Part shown: positions 44,227 to 53,793 of the stretch, one piece after another
Layout of the letters: each line of letters begins with the position of its first letter
Numbering within the stretch: the stretch's first letter is position 1
Assembly: GCA_041661405.1 (NCBI GenBank)
Contig: JBAZUL010000007.1
Coordinates: 10,222-74,221, forward strand
DNA length: 64,000 nucleotides
Direction of reading: 5' to 3'
DNA from: Patescibacteria group bacterium
Lineage (GTDB): Bacteria > Patescibacteriota > Patescibacteriia > Patescibacteriales > JBAZCA01
Translations under genes and position numbers: made by a program
The notes under the pieces: generated by a model
Seen by the model: only the letters and a program-made list of their open reading frames with translations
Databases searched by the model: none
Told to the model about the DNA's origin: nothing

Positions 44227-44280
44227 TCTTTCCTGCGCTCCGTCAGCTGGCGGATTGCCGTTTTCTCTCTCAATCTGATT

Positions 44281-44748
44281 ATGAAAGCACTGGCCGAGAA
44301 CAAAAAAGCATTTTTTGATTACGACCTTTTGGAAAAATTTGAGGCCGGGCTGGTTCTATACGGCCATGAAGTAAAATCCATAAAGACCGGGCATGTTAGT
44401 CTTAAAGGGTCTTACGTAACTTTTAAGTCGCCCGCCAAGCCGGGTAAACTGCCCGAAGCGTTTCTCATCAATGCCCATATCCCGCTCTACAAATTCGCCA
44501 ATAAGAACCTGCCGCACGACCCTTTAAGGTCAAGAAAACTGCTCGTAAAGAAGAGCGAAATCAGGCGATTGATGGGCAAAAAGCAGGAGCAAGGCTTGAC
44601 ACTCGTGCCCTTGAAAATATATACTAAGCATGGCCTAATTAAGCTGGAATTCGCTCTTGGCCGGGGGCGGAAAAAGCATGATAAGCGGGAAGTGATTAAG
44701 AAAAGGGAAGCTGACCGGACGATTCGGAGAACTTTGAAAAATAAATAA
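44281..44748 (+). CDS. smpB: SsrA-binding protein SmpB
   Basis: NKKAFFDYDLLEKFEAGLVLYGHEVKSIK and the basic C-terminal tail. tmRNA lies immediately downstream. Confidence 0.9.
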   Translation: MKALAENKKAFFDYDLLEKFEAGLVLYGHEVKSIKTGHVSLKGSYVTFKSPAKPGKLPEAFLINAHIPLYKFANKNLPHDPLRSRKLLVKKSEIRRLMGKKQEQGLTLVPLKIYTKHGLIKLEFALGRGRKKHDKREVIKKREADRTIRRTLKNK

Positions 44749-44761
44749 TACAAATTACAAC

Positions 44762-45152
44762 GGGGATGATCGGCTTCGATAATAAAACTCTCTTGATTAT
44801 ACGCGAGGCGCGGGCATGGGTTACCGCGTTATCAATGCCCATAAACCATAAGTGCAAATTCTTTTGCCAGCAAAGTGCGTAATGGCGTTTTCGCCGTTCC
44901 GGCTTTCGCTCCTGTTGTAGCTTAAAGCTCACAACCATTCGCCCCGGGATTCCTGATACCGGTCAGCGGGTGTAATATCATCAGGATGCATTCGTTCGCC
45001 GCCTTTGCGAACGGATAAAGACTTAAGAGGCTGGTCGCTATTTATTTCGCCCGGTTTAATAGAATAGCGGCGAGATTTTTAAGTCGGGATATTCTCGTAA
45101 ACGCATATCAGGAGATTTATTAGACGCGGGTTCGATTCCCGCCATCTCCACC
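44762..45152 (+). ncRNA. ssrA: tmRNA (ssrA)
   Basis: 5' GGGGATGATCGGCTTCGA pairs with 3' ...GGGTTCGATTCCCGCCATCTCCACC, with a G3-U wobble in the acceptor. The candidate tag ORF GCA 44854 to TAA 44923-44925 encodes ANSFASKVRNGVFAVPAFAPVVA. Confidence 0.85.
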
Positions 45153-45161
45153 TGGAGAACT

Positions 45162-45245
45162 GCCGTGGTGGTGGAATTGGTATACACGAGAGACTTAAAA
45201 TCTCTTGAGGGCAACTTCATGTGGGTTCGAGTCCCACCCACGGCA
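45162..45245 (+). tRNA. tRNA-Leu (TAA)
   Basis: GCCGTGGTGGTGGAATTGGTATACACGAGAGACTTAAAATCTCTTGAGGGCAACTTCATGTGGGTTCGAGTCCCACCCACGGCA. Long variable arm. Anticodon loop CTTAAAA. Confidence 0.85.
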
Positions 45246-45289
45246 CAGGCTTAAAGGCTGATTTTTTCGGCCAATCAGTAAAAGCAAGC

Positions 45290-45361
45290 GCGGGTATCGT
45301 ATAGCGGCTATTATGCTACCTTGCCAAGGTAGAGATGGGGGTCCGACTCCCCCTACCCGCT
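45290..45361 (+). tRNA. tRNA-Gly (GCC)
   Basis: GCGGGTATCGTATAGCGGCTATTATGCTACCTTGCCAAGGTAGAGATGGGGGTCCGACTCCCCCTACCCGCT. Anticodon loop TTGCCAA. Confidence 0.85.
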
Positions 45362-45387
45362 CAAAGAAATTTTTGGTTTACGATTAA

Positions 45388-45416
45388 AAAACAGGGCTTA
45401 TAACGCTCTGTTTTTT
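45388..45416 (+). terminator. intrinsic terminator after the ssrA-tRNA cluster
   Basis: AAACAGGGC-TTATAAC-GCTCTGTTT (one G-U pair), then TTTT. Confidence 0.55.
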
Positions 45417-45513
45417 GTTATCAGATTTGAGTATATTTACAAAAAACTTATTAAGCTATAAACTAAAAATGGATGTTTATATCAGCATCGTATGTTTTTA
45501 AAACCCGCTTAGT

Positions 45514-46419
45514 ATGGCTAAAATAGTTGTTACCAAAAATTTACAGCTTCTGCCCGATCAAATTAAAAGAATAAAATCGCTTGGCGAAGCGGTGATATAT
45601 AATGACAATGTTTTTTCAAAAGAAGAGTGGCTGAAGAGATGCGATGAAGGGGAAATAATATGTTCTTCCAGCGGTTTTAGAGATGAGATATATGAACTTA
45701 AAGATAAATTTTTTTCATTGCCTTTTGTTAACGTAAAATGGCTGGACAAAAAAAGATTAAAAGAGAGAAATATCACGGTTTCTTACGCTCCCGGCAGCAA
45801 TAAGGAGGCTGTGGCGGAATGGGTGATCAGCATGTTATTAACGCTTTTTAGAAATTTTTCTTCGCTAACTAATATTGAAAATGCTCCGGTTGACGAAGTT
45901 CTTAAAGAGACACAGGGTCTGACCGGTAAAAGCGCGGCGATTTTAGGGAAAGGAAATATCGGAAAGGAAGTGGGAAAAATTTGCAAAGCCTTTCGGATGA
46001 AAGTTAAATATTTTGAAAGGGGAAAAAATCTGTATCAAGTTGTTAAAAACGCGGATGCGATAATAAACTGCTTAAGCACTAATAACGAGACTATCGGATT
46101 GCTTGACGGAAAATTTTTTAACTCTTTAAAAAAAGGTTCGCGTTTCATCACCTTTACTGATCAGAGAATTTGCGATGATAAAGAATTGTTGAGAGCCCTG
46201 GAAGAGGGGATATTGGCCGGAGCCGCGCATGATGCGGGAAGTTCGTTCGTAGGACGGACGGATCATCCGCTTTATAAGAATCTTTTAGGGCATTCCAAAC
46301 TTATTATCACTCCTCACATTGCTTATAATACTGATTATTCAAACAGAAAGGTTAATGATATGATGATTGATAATATTGAAGCATGGATAAAAGGGAAACC
46401 GATCAATCTGCTTGATTAA
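45514..46419 (+). CDS. D-isomer-specific 2-hydroxyacid dehydrogenase family protein
   Basis: NAD-binding AILGKGNIGKEVGKI and the catalytic region ITPHIAYNT. 301 aa. Confidence 0.7.
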   Translation: MAKIVVTKNLQLLPDQIKRIKSLGEAVIYNDNVFSKEEWLKRCDEGEIICSSSGFRDEIYELKDKFFSLPFVNVKWLDKKRLKERNITVSYAPGSNKEAVAEWVISMLLTLFRNFSSLTNIENAPVDEVLKETQGLTGKSAAILGKGNIGKEVGKICKAFRMKVKYFERGKNLYQVVKNADAIINCLSTNNETIGLLDGKFFNSLKKGSRFITFTDQRICDDKELLRALEEGILAGAAHDAGSSFVGRTDHPLYKNLLGHSKLIITPHIAYNTDYSNRKVNDMMIDNIEAWIKGKPINLLD

Positions 46420-46438
46420 TTTCAGTTTATAATTATTT

Positions 46439-49400
46439 ATGCCTTCCCGCATCTACATCCAAAGCGCCATACCTGACGCGAGATCCGGTGTTAAAAAAGA
46501 CTACTTTAACAGCCTGGGGCTTCGCATCAGGGTAAAATCCGTCAGTCTGGCGGATTGTTATGTTATTGATAAGGAATTAAACGGGGAGCAGCTGAAAAAG
46601 GCCGGACAATTGCTCGCTAATCCCCTTACCGAAACAGCGGCTGAAAAATTATGCGCTCCGGAAAATTTTCATCTGGCCGTTGAGATCGGTTTTCTTCCGG
46701 GGGTGACTGATAATGTTGGCGGAACGGCCAGGGAAACTTTGGATGACGGCTTAAAAATAAAATTCGCGCCCGCGGAAAACGTCTATTCGTCGCGGGTGTT
46801 TTTTATTGCTTTTGAAAAAAAGCCCGGAGCCGAAGACATGGAAAAAATTAAAATGAGCCTTTTTAATCCGCTTATTGAGCGGGCGGCGGTTAAGTTATCA
46901 GTTGATTTTAAAAAGGACGGCGGCATGGATTTAGTAATTCCTAAAGTGAAACTGGAAGCAAAGGCTGAAGTGGTCGAAGTCAACCTTGAGTTAAGCGACC
47001 GCGAGCTGGAAGCGCTCGGTAAGCTCGGCATAGAAAATAAAGACGGGACAAGGCGCGGACCATTGTCGCTTAGCCTTGATTACCTTAAAGCGATTAAAAA
47101 ATATTTTGATGAACAGGGCCGGAAGCCGACGGACGTTGAGCTGGAAACGCTCGCCCAGACCTGGTCAGAGCATTGCAAACATACGATTTTTGCCGACCCG
47201 ATGGATGAGCTGGAACGAGGCATATATAAAACCTACATCAAAGGCGCGACCGAAGCGATCCGAAAAAAGAAAGGCAAAAAAGACTTCTGCGTTTCGGTTT
47301 TTACCGACAATTCGGGAGCCATCGCTTTTGACGAAAATTATCTTATTACTCATAAGGTGGAAACCCATAATACTCCCTCGGCGCTTGATCCTTTCGGCGG
47401 AAGCGTTACCGGCATAGTCGGCGTTAACCGCGACTGCCTTGGTTTTGGGCTCGGAGCTAAGCCGGTGATAAATGTTTACGGATTTTGCCTGGCCGACCCG
47501 GAGGACGGAACCGAATTATTCCGCGACAAGGAAAAGAAACAGAAGATGCTATCCGCCCGGCGCATCATGGAAGGGGTGGTAGCCGGGATTAACGCCGGAG
47601 GAAACCAGTCCGGCATTCCGACTAATCTCGGATTTATTTATTTTGATCCGCGTTTCCGCGGCAAGCCTTTGGTTTTTGCCGGCACAGTCGGGATTATTCC
47701 GCGGCAGATAAAAGGCCGGTCGTCGCATATTAAAAAATCAAAACCCGGCGACCTGATAGTAACCGCCGGCGGACGGATCGGGGCGGACGGCATCCATGGC
47801 GCTACCTTTTCTTCGGAGAGCCTTGATACCCATAGTCCGGCCACGGCCGTCCAGATCGGCGATCCGATTACCCAGAAAAAAATGTCCGACGCGCTCGTAA
47901 AAGAAGCCCGGGATCTCGGGCTGTATTCAAGCATAACTGATTGCGGCGCGGGCGGGCTTTCTTCGGCTGTCGGTGAAATGGCCGAGGCGACGGGCGGCTG
48001 TATCGTCAACCTGGAAAAAGCGCCGCTTAAATATCCCGGGCTCGCGCCCTGGCAGATATGGATTTCCGAATCGCAGGAGCGGATGGTGCTTTCGGTTCCG
48101 GAAAAAAATTGGCCCGCCTTGCGCTCCCTTTTGGAAAACCGGGGAGTGGAAGCGGCTGTAATCGGGAAGTTTACCGACTCGGGAAAAGCCTCTGTTGAAT
48201 TCGGGGAAGAGACTGTCCTTGATTTGGAAATGGATTTTCTCCATAACGGCCGGCCAATTAAATCGCAGACAACTAAGAAGCCTGATGATCTGGTTACGCA
48301 AAACCTGGCTTTAACTCAGTGGAAGAAGATTGAGGGCGCGCGAACGCAACCTCTTCTGAAAAAAGATTATTCCAAAGACATCCTTAATCTGATCTCAAAA
48401 CTAAATATCTGCGGTTTTGAATTTATTACCCGCCAATATGACCACGAAGTCCAGGCCGGCTCGGTTTTAAAACCTTTGGCCGGTCGCGGGCGGATTAACG
48501 CGCAAGCGACAGTTACTCGTCCGGTTTTATCCTCTAAAAAAGGCGTGGTTTTATCAAGCGATCTTTATCCGGCTCTAAGCGAATTAGACCCGTATAAAAT
48601 GGCCGCGACTTCAATTGACGGCGCGATCCGGGCGGCAGTCGCAACCGGAGCTGATATTGATAATCTCGCGCTACTGGATAATTTCTGCTGGTCCAGCTCG
48701 GACGACCCGGAAAGGCTCTGGCAGTTAAAAGAAGCGGCTCGAGCCTGCTATGATTTTGCCACTGCCTATGGCGCGCCGTTTATTTCGGGCAAAGACAGCA
48801 TGTTTAATGATTTTAAAGGCTTTTCCGCGGACGGAAAACCGATAAAAATTTCCATTCCGCCGACGCTTCTTATTTCCGCCATAGGCGTTATTCCGGACGC
48901 GTACAGGGCTATATCGCTTGATGCCAAAGCCGCGGGTGATTATATATATGTATTAGGCGATACGGATGGCGGGATGGGCGGAAGCGAGTATCTTGCTATG
49001 CTTGGACTCGGCCTGGATCCTGGGCTGGCCGAGAAAATCGGAAAAGTTCCCGGCGTGGATCCGAATAAAAATTATCAGCTTTACAAGCTGTTTTACCAGG
49101 CAGTCCAAAAAAATTTAATCGCTTCGGCTATAAGCATAAGCCGCGGCGGACTGGCCTCAGCCTTAGTTAAAACTTTGGCCGGCGGAGGTTTTGGAGGTGA
49201 TGTCAGCTTAAAAGAACTGCCGGGGAACTGGAAGGAAAATTATCAGGCGCTTTTTTCGGAGAGCAATGGAAGAATATTGGCTACGGTTGATAAAAAAAAG
49301 GCGGCTGAATTTGAAAAAGCAATGGTCAACACAACATGTTTTAGGATTGGGCGGGTTGGCAAAAATAGCGATATAAAAATATCGGATAAAAAAAATAAAA

Positions 49401-49465
49401 TAATCTCCAGAATTACAGCGGTCGGGGCGTTGAAAGCTTATAAAAATCCGCTGAAAGATTTTTAG
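46439..49465 (+). CDS. purL: phosphoribosylformylglycinamidine synthase subunit PurL with a fused PurS-like N-terminal region
   Basis: The AIR-synthase-type core includes SEHCKHTIF, VETHNTPSALDPFGGSVTG and ITDCGAGGLSSAVGEMA. The ~200-aa N-terminal extension (GFLPGVTDNVGGTARETL, LFNPLIERAAVKL) resembles the N-domain of large PurL. 1008 aa. Confidence 0.85.
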   Translation: MPSRIYIQSAIPDARSGVKKDYFNSLGLRIRVKSVSLADCYVIDKELNGEQLKKAGQLLANPLTETAAEKLCAPENFHLAVEIGFLPGVTDNVGGTARETLDDGLKIKFAPAENVYSSRVFFIAFEKKPGAEDMEKIKMSLFNPLIERAAVKLSVDFKKDGGMDLVIPKVKLEAKAEVVEVNLELSDRELEALGKLGIENKDGTRRGPLSLSLDYLKAIKKYFDEQGRKPTDVELETLAQTWSEHCKHTIFADPMDELERGIYKTYIKGATEAIRKKKGKKDFCVSVFTDNSGAIAFDENYLITHKVETHNTPSALDPFGGSVTGIVGVNRDCLGFGLGAKPVINVYGFCLADPEDGTELFRDKEKKQKMLSARRIMEGVVAGINAGGNQSGIPTNLGFIYFDPRFRGKPLVFAGTVGIIPRQIKGRSSHIKKSKPGDLIVTAGGRIGADGIHGATFSSESLDTHSPATAVQIGDPITQKKMSDALVKEARDLGLYSSITDCGAGGLSSAVGEMAEATGGCIVNLEKAPLKYPGLAPWQIWISESQERMVLSVPEKNWPALRSLLENRGVEAAVIGKFTDSGKASVEFGEETVLDLEMDFLHNGRPIKSQTTKKPDDLVTQNLALTQWKKIEGARTQPLLKKDYSKDILNLISKLNICGFEFITRQYDHEVQAGSVLKPLAGRGRINAQATVTRPVLSSKKGVVLSSDLYPALSELDPYKMAATSIDGAIRAAVATGADIDNLALLDNFCWSSSDDPERLWQLKEAARACYDFATAYGAPFISGKDSMFNDFKGFSADGKPIKISIPPTLLISAIGVIPDAYRAISLDAKAAGDYIYVLGDTDGGMGGSEYLAMLGLGLDPGLAEKIGKVPGVDPNKNYQLYKLFYQAVQKNLIASAISISRGGLASALVKTLAGGGFGGDVSLKELPGNWKENYQALFSESNGRILATVDKKKAAEFEKAMVNTTCFRIGRVGKNSDIKISDKKNKIISRITAVGALKAYKNPLKDF

Positions 49466-49526
49466 AATCGTTCTAATGTTTGCTTGATTTTATCCGTTTG
49501 TTTAGATATACTTAAATTATTACAGC

Positions 49527-50297
49527 ATGACAAAACCTAAGGTAATCATATTTTCCGGCTACGGGCTAAACTGCGAAGAAGAAACCGCCTACGCCTTTAA
49601 TTTGGCCAGCGGCAAGGCGGAAATTGTCCATATTAATGATCTTGTTGCCGGGAGGAAAAAATTGAAAAACTATGAGATACTGGCGGTTCCGGGCGGTTTT
49701 TCCTACGGCGACGATACGGGTTCGGGCAAGGCTTACGCCAATAAACTGAAGAATCATTTAAAAGAAGAACTGAATGGATTTGTTTTAAAAGACAAACTCA
49801 TAATCGGCATCTGCAACGGTTTTCAAATATTAACCCAGACCGGCCTTCTGCCCGGGGCGCTCGCGGCTAACAAGAACGCCCGTTATCTTGACCGCTGGGT
49901 GGATTTAAAAATTACCGGAGAATCGCCCTGGCTAAAAGGCATAAAAAGTTTGTCTTTGCCTATCGCCCATGGCGAAGGAAAATATTTTGCCGATAAAAAT
50001 ATTTTGGCCGGATTGAAAAAAGAAAACAGCATTGCCTTAAAATACGTTAAAGGCGAGATTTGCGATTATCAGGATTTGGAAGCTAACCCTAACGGCGCCA
50101 TGGAGGATATTGCCGGTATAACCGGTTATGGCGGCCGGGTATTCGGCCTTATGCCGCATCCGGAACGGGGGATGTTTTTCCACCATTCGCCCGATTGGCC
50201 CGTAGAAAAAGAAAAATTGATCAGAGCCGGAAAACAGTTGCCAGAATCCGGGCCGGGCATGCAGGTTTTTAAAAACGCTATTGAATATTTTTCATAA
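49527..50297 (+). CDS. purQ: phosphoribosylformylglycinamidine synthase glutaminase subunit PurQ
   Basis: Class I amidotransferase: GICNGFQILTQTGLLPG (Cys nucleophile) and LMPHPER. Confidence 0.85.
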   Translation: MTKPKVIIFSGYGLNCEEETAYAFNLASGKAEIVHINDLVAGRKKLKNYEILAVPGGFSYGDDTGSGKAYANKLKNHLKEELNGFVLKDKLIIGICNGFQILTQTGLLPGALAANKNARYLDRWVDLKITGESPWLKGIKSLSLPIAHGEGKYFADKNILAGLKKENSIALKYVKGEICDYQDLEANPNGAMEDIAGITGYGGRVFGLMPHPERGMFFHHSPDWPVEKEKLIRAGKQLPESGPGMQVFKNAIEYFS

Positions 50298-50315
50298 TTT
50301 AAGTTTGATGATTGA

Positions 50316-50356
50316 CTGTCGGAAGACTCTTGCGCCGGCAGCTTGTTTTATTTTTT
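50316..50356 (+). terminator. possible terminator/attenuator hairpin between purQ and purF
   Basis: CTGTCGG-(12 nt)-CCGGCAG (one G-U pair), followed by CTTGTTTTATTTTTT. Confidence 0.4.
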
Positions 50357-50370
50357 AACTCAACCACGCT

Positions 50371-51774
50371 ATGGCCAAAATCGGTGAAAAATGCGCTGTG
50401 TTCGGAATTTACGGCAAAGGCTTAGACGTTTCCCGGCTGACTTTTTACGGACTTTTCGCCTTACAGCACCGGGGCCAGGAATCTTCGGGCATTGCCGTTT
50501 CTGATGGCATAGAAATTGACTGCTACAAAAATACCGGCTTGGTTACCAATGTCTATAACGAAAGAATAATTAAAAGTTTAAGAGGCCATATCGCGGTCGG
50601 CCATAACCGCTATTCAACTTCAGCCGGATCCGGCCTTGAACATGCTCATCCGGTTGTGATTGATGATAAGCTGGCTTTGGTCCATAACGGCAACCTGCCA
50701 TCAGTCGCGGCTTTAGTCGCGTTTTTAAAATCTAAAGGCCATCGCACCCGCGGCTATTCGGATTCGGAATTGATGGCTTACGCCATAAACTGGCACATGG
50801 AAGACGGAAAAAATCTGGAAGAAGCGGTAGCCGCCGCTTTTCCTTTGTTTACCGGAGCTTTTTCCGCCTTGGCTATGACTCGGGATAAGCTTGTGGCTTT
50901 CCGCGATCACTGCGGCATCCGGCCGTTCGCTCTCGGAAAATTAAACGGCGGTTATGTCTTTGCTTCGGAAACCTGCGCTTTTAAATTGATCGGCGCTGAA
51001 TTTTTACGCGAAGTTAATCCGGGCGAGATGATTATGGTTAATGACCAAGGTTTGAAATCAGTGCAGGTCGTTCCGGCTAATCCAAAAATTGATATCTTTG
51101 AGTTCGTCTATTTTTCCCGGCCGGACTCGGAAATCTCCGGACAGTTGGTTTACGATGTCCGCCGGAATTTCGGCCTCACGCTCGCCAAAGAAAATCCTCT
51201 GGACGTTGATGTTATCGTGCCGGTGCCGGAAACGGCCATCCCAGTCGCTATCGGCTACAGCAAGGGAATCGGCGTTCCTTTTGAAATGGGACTCATAAAA
51301 AACCGCTATGTCCATCGGACTTTTATTGAGCCGGACCAGCATACCCGCGATCTCGGAGTTTTAATGAAATTCATCCCGCTTTCCAATGTCCTTCGCGGCA
51401 AGCGGGTGGCTCTGATTGACGATTCCATTGTCCGCGGCACTACTTCCCAAAAACTGGTCAAAGCCATATTTGACGCCGGAGCCAAAGAAGTTCATATGAT
51501 AATCAGTTCCCCGCCTTTGGTTTATCCGGATTTTTACGGCATTGATACGCCGGAACAGGGAAGATTAATCGCGGCCCATAAAACCGTGCCGGAAATTTGC
51601 GAATTTTTAGGCGCTACTTCGCTATATTATTTATCATTAGAAGGCATGATAAAATCCACCGGCCTGCCGGCGGACAGGTTTTCCACTTCCTGTTTTACAG
51701 GCGTTTATCCGGTTGACTTAGTTGAACGGGTGAAGGACTATAAGAAACCGGAATACGGACAAAAAAGCTTATGA
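50371..51774 (+). CDS. purF: amidophosphoribosyltransferase
   Basis: N-terminal CAVFGIYG (Ntn Cys), HNRYSTSG-type VGHNRYSTSAGSG, and the PRTase motif VALIDDSIVRGTT. Confidence 0.9.
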   Translation: MAKIGEKCAVFGIYGKGLDVSRLTFYGLFALQHRGQESSGIAVSDGIEIDCYKNTGLVTNVYNERIIKSLRGHIAVGHNRYSTSAGSGLEHAHPVVIDDKLALVHNGNLPSVAALVAFLKSKGHRTRGYSDSELMAYAINWHMEDGKNLEEAVAAAFPLFTGAFSALAMTRDKLVAFRDHCGIRPFALGKLNGGYVFASETCAFKLIGAEFLREVNPGEMIMVNDQGLKSVQVVPANPKIDIFEFVYFSRPDSEISGQLVYDVRRNFGLTLAKENPLDVDVIVPVPETAIPVAIGYSKGIGVPFEMGLIKNRYVHRTFIEPDQHTRDLGVLMKFIPLSNVLRGKRVALIDDSIVRGTTSQKLVKAIFDAGAKEVHMIISSPPLVYPDFYGIDTPEQGRLIAAHKTVPEICEFLGATSLYYLSLEGMIKSTGLPADRFSTSCFTGVYPVDLVERVKDYKKPEYGQKSL

Positions 51775-52490
51775 GGATCGCAATGTTAATTTCCGGCGGA
51801 GGTACGACCATGGCCGCCATTTTAACCGCTATAAAAGATGGGCGATTAAAAAACGTGGAGCCGGTTTTGGTGATTGCTTCTAAACCTGAAGCCGGAGGAA
51901 TTGAAAAAGCCTTAGCGCTCGGAATAGCCAAGGAAGATGTAATTGTTGTCAGGACGAAAGATTTTAGTTCAAGAGAAGAATTCGGAAAAAAAATTATTGA
52001 AGAATGTAAAAAGCGCGGCGTGGAATTCATCGGCCAGTACGGATGGTTATGTTTGACTCCGGAAAATGTAATAAAAGAATTTGAGGGGATGATAGTTAAT
52101 CAGCACCCGGGGCCATTAGATCCGGGTCGGCCGGATTTCGGCGGGAAAGGCATGTTTGGCCGGGCGGTACACGCGGCCAGACTGGAATTTGTAAAAAGAA
52201 CTAATCGGGATTACTGGACTGAAGCTGTGTCACATCGTGTTACGGCCGAATATGATCAAGGCGCTGTGCTGAATGCCGTTAAAGTTCCGATTGAGCGAGA
52301 TGATAGCGTTGAAAAATTACAGGACAGGGTGTTGCGATTTGAGTATGATGTTCAAATAAAAACTTTGCAGGATTTTGCCGACGGGAATGTGAAAGAAATA
52401 ACGCGCGATGAACCTTTGGTCAGGCCGGAGGAATATGGAATTTTGGAAGAGTGTAAGAGAGAAGCAATTGAAAAATACCCTAAGGGGTAA
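51771..52490 (+). CDS. purN: phosphoribosylglycinamide formyltransferase (PurN-like, with insertions)
   Basis: IAMLISGGGTTMAAIL and NQHPGPL...(insert)...VSHRVTAEYDQGAVL. An ATGA overlap with purF. Confidence 0.7.
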   Translation: MRIAMLISGGGTTMAAILTAIKDGRLKNVEPVLVIASKPEAGGIEKALALGIAKEDVIVVRTKDFSSREEFGKKIIEECKKRGVEFIGQYGWLCLTPENVIKEFEGMIVNQHPGPLDPGRPDFGGKGMFGRAVHAARLEFVKRTNRDYWTEAVSHRVTAEYDQGAVLNAVKVPIERDDSVEKLQDRVLRFEYDVQIKTLQDFADGNVKEITRDEPLVRPEEYGILEECKREAIEKYPKG

Positions 52491-52509
52491 ATAATAATAG
52501 AAAAAATTT

Positions 52510-53790
52510 ATGGCTAAAATTCTAATCATCGGCGGCGGCGGGCGGGAGCACGCTTTAGCCTGGAAGCTAAAACAGTCGCCCAAGGTGGAAAAAATTTATA
52601 TTGCGCCGGGTAACGGCGGGATGTCAAATGTTGGAGAAATCGTGGATATTAAAACGAGCGAGTTTGATAAACTTACGGCTTTTGCCAAGGAAAAAAGCAT
52701 TGATTTTACCGTGATCGGGCCGGATGATCCTTTAGGCGCGGGGATTGTGGATGCTTTTAAGAAAGAAGGATTAAGGGTCTGGGGTCCGGTTAAAGCGGCG
52801 GCCAGGATTGAAGCCTCTAAAGCCTTTGCCAAGGATATTATGGCTAAAGAGAATATTCCGACCGCTGAATTTCGCAGTTTTGATAATTATGAAGAAGCTT
52901 TGAAATATTTGCGGGAAAAAGGCGCGCCGATTGTCATTAAAGCCTCAGGTCTGGCTCAAGGAAAAGGTGTAACTGTTTGTCAAACTTTGGAAGAAGCGGA
53001 AGTTGCTTTAAAAGACGCGATGGTCAATAAAATTTTCGGCGAAGCCGGCAATACGGTGGTCATTGAAGAATGCATATACGGACCCGAATATTCAATTCAT
53101 GCTTTTACCGATGGAAAAACTTTTAAAATGTTTCCCTCTTCCCAGGATCACAAGCCGGTGTTTGACGGCGGCAAGGGCCCTAATACCGGCGGCATGGGAA
53201 CGATCGCTCCCGTGCCATGGGTAACGTCAGAAGTTATGGATGAAGTGTCCAAAAAAGTAGTCGGACCGGTTTTGAAAGGTTTGGAGAAAGCCGGAGCGCT
53301 TTTTGTCGGACTAATTTACCCCGGCATGATGGAAACGCAAAATGGTTCGAAAGTAATTGAATTCAACTGCCGGTTCGGTGATCCGGAGACTCAAAGCTAT
53401 ATTCGGTTGTTAAAGAGTGATCTTTATGAGATTTTGGACGCTTCGGTGGACGGCCGGCTTGATGAAGTGGAAATTGAATGGCATCCGGGCTTTGCCTGTT
53501 GCGTGGCTTTAGCCTCGGGCGGCTATCCTGGATCTTACGAAAAAGGCAAAGAAATTACCGGGATTGAAGAAGCGGAGAAAATGGACGACATAATAGTTTT
53601 TCACGCCGGAACAAAACTGGAAAACGGAAAAATAGTGACGAACGGCGGCCGGGTTTTAGGAGTGACGGCCAAGGCTGATACTTTGCGCGGCGCATTGGAT
53701 AAAGCCTACGCCGCCATAAAGCTAATCAATTTTGACGGCATGCATTATAGGACGGATATTGGCTTGGAGTCCCTAAACATGAAGGTATAA
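52510..53790 (+). CDS. purD: phosphoribosylamine-glycine ligase
   Basis: MAKILIIGGGGREHALAWKL, the ATP-grasp core and GPNTGGMG. Confidence 0.9.
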   Translation: MAKILIIGGGGREHALAWKLKQSPKVEKIYIAPGNGGMSNVGEIVDIKTSEFDKLTAFAKEKSIDFTVIGPDDPLGAGIVDAFKKEGLRVWGPVKAAARIEASKAFAKDIMAKENIPTAEFRSFDNYEEALKYLREKGAPIVIKASGLAQGKGVTVCQTLEEAEVALKDAMVNKIFGEAGNTVVIEECIYGPEYSIHAFTDGKTFKMFPSSQDHKPVFDGGKGPNTGGMGTIAPVPWVTSEVMDEVSKKVVGPVLKGLEKAGALFVGLIYPGMMETQNGSKVIEFNCRFGDPETQSYIRLLKSDLYEILDASVDGRLDEVEIEWHPGFACCVALASGGYPGSYEKGKEITGIEEAEKMDDIIVFHAGTKLENGKIVTNGGRVLGVTAKADTLRGALDKAYAAIKLINFDGMHYRTDIGLESLNMKV

Positions 53791-53793
53791 TTT

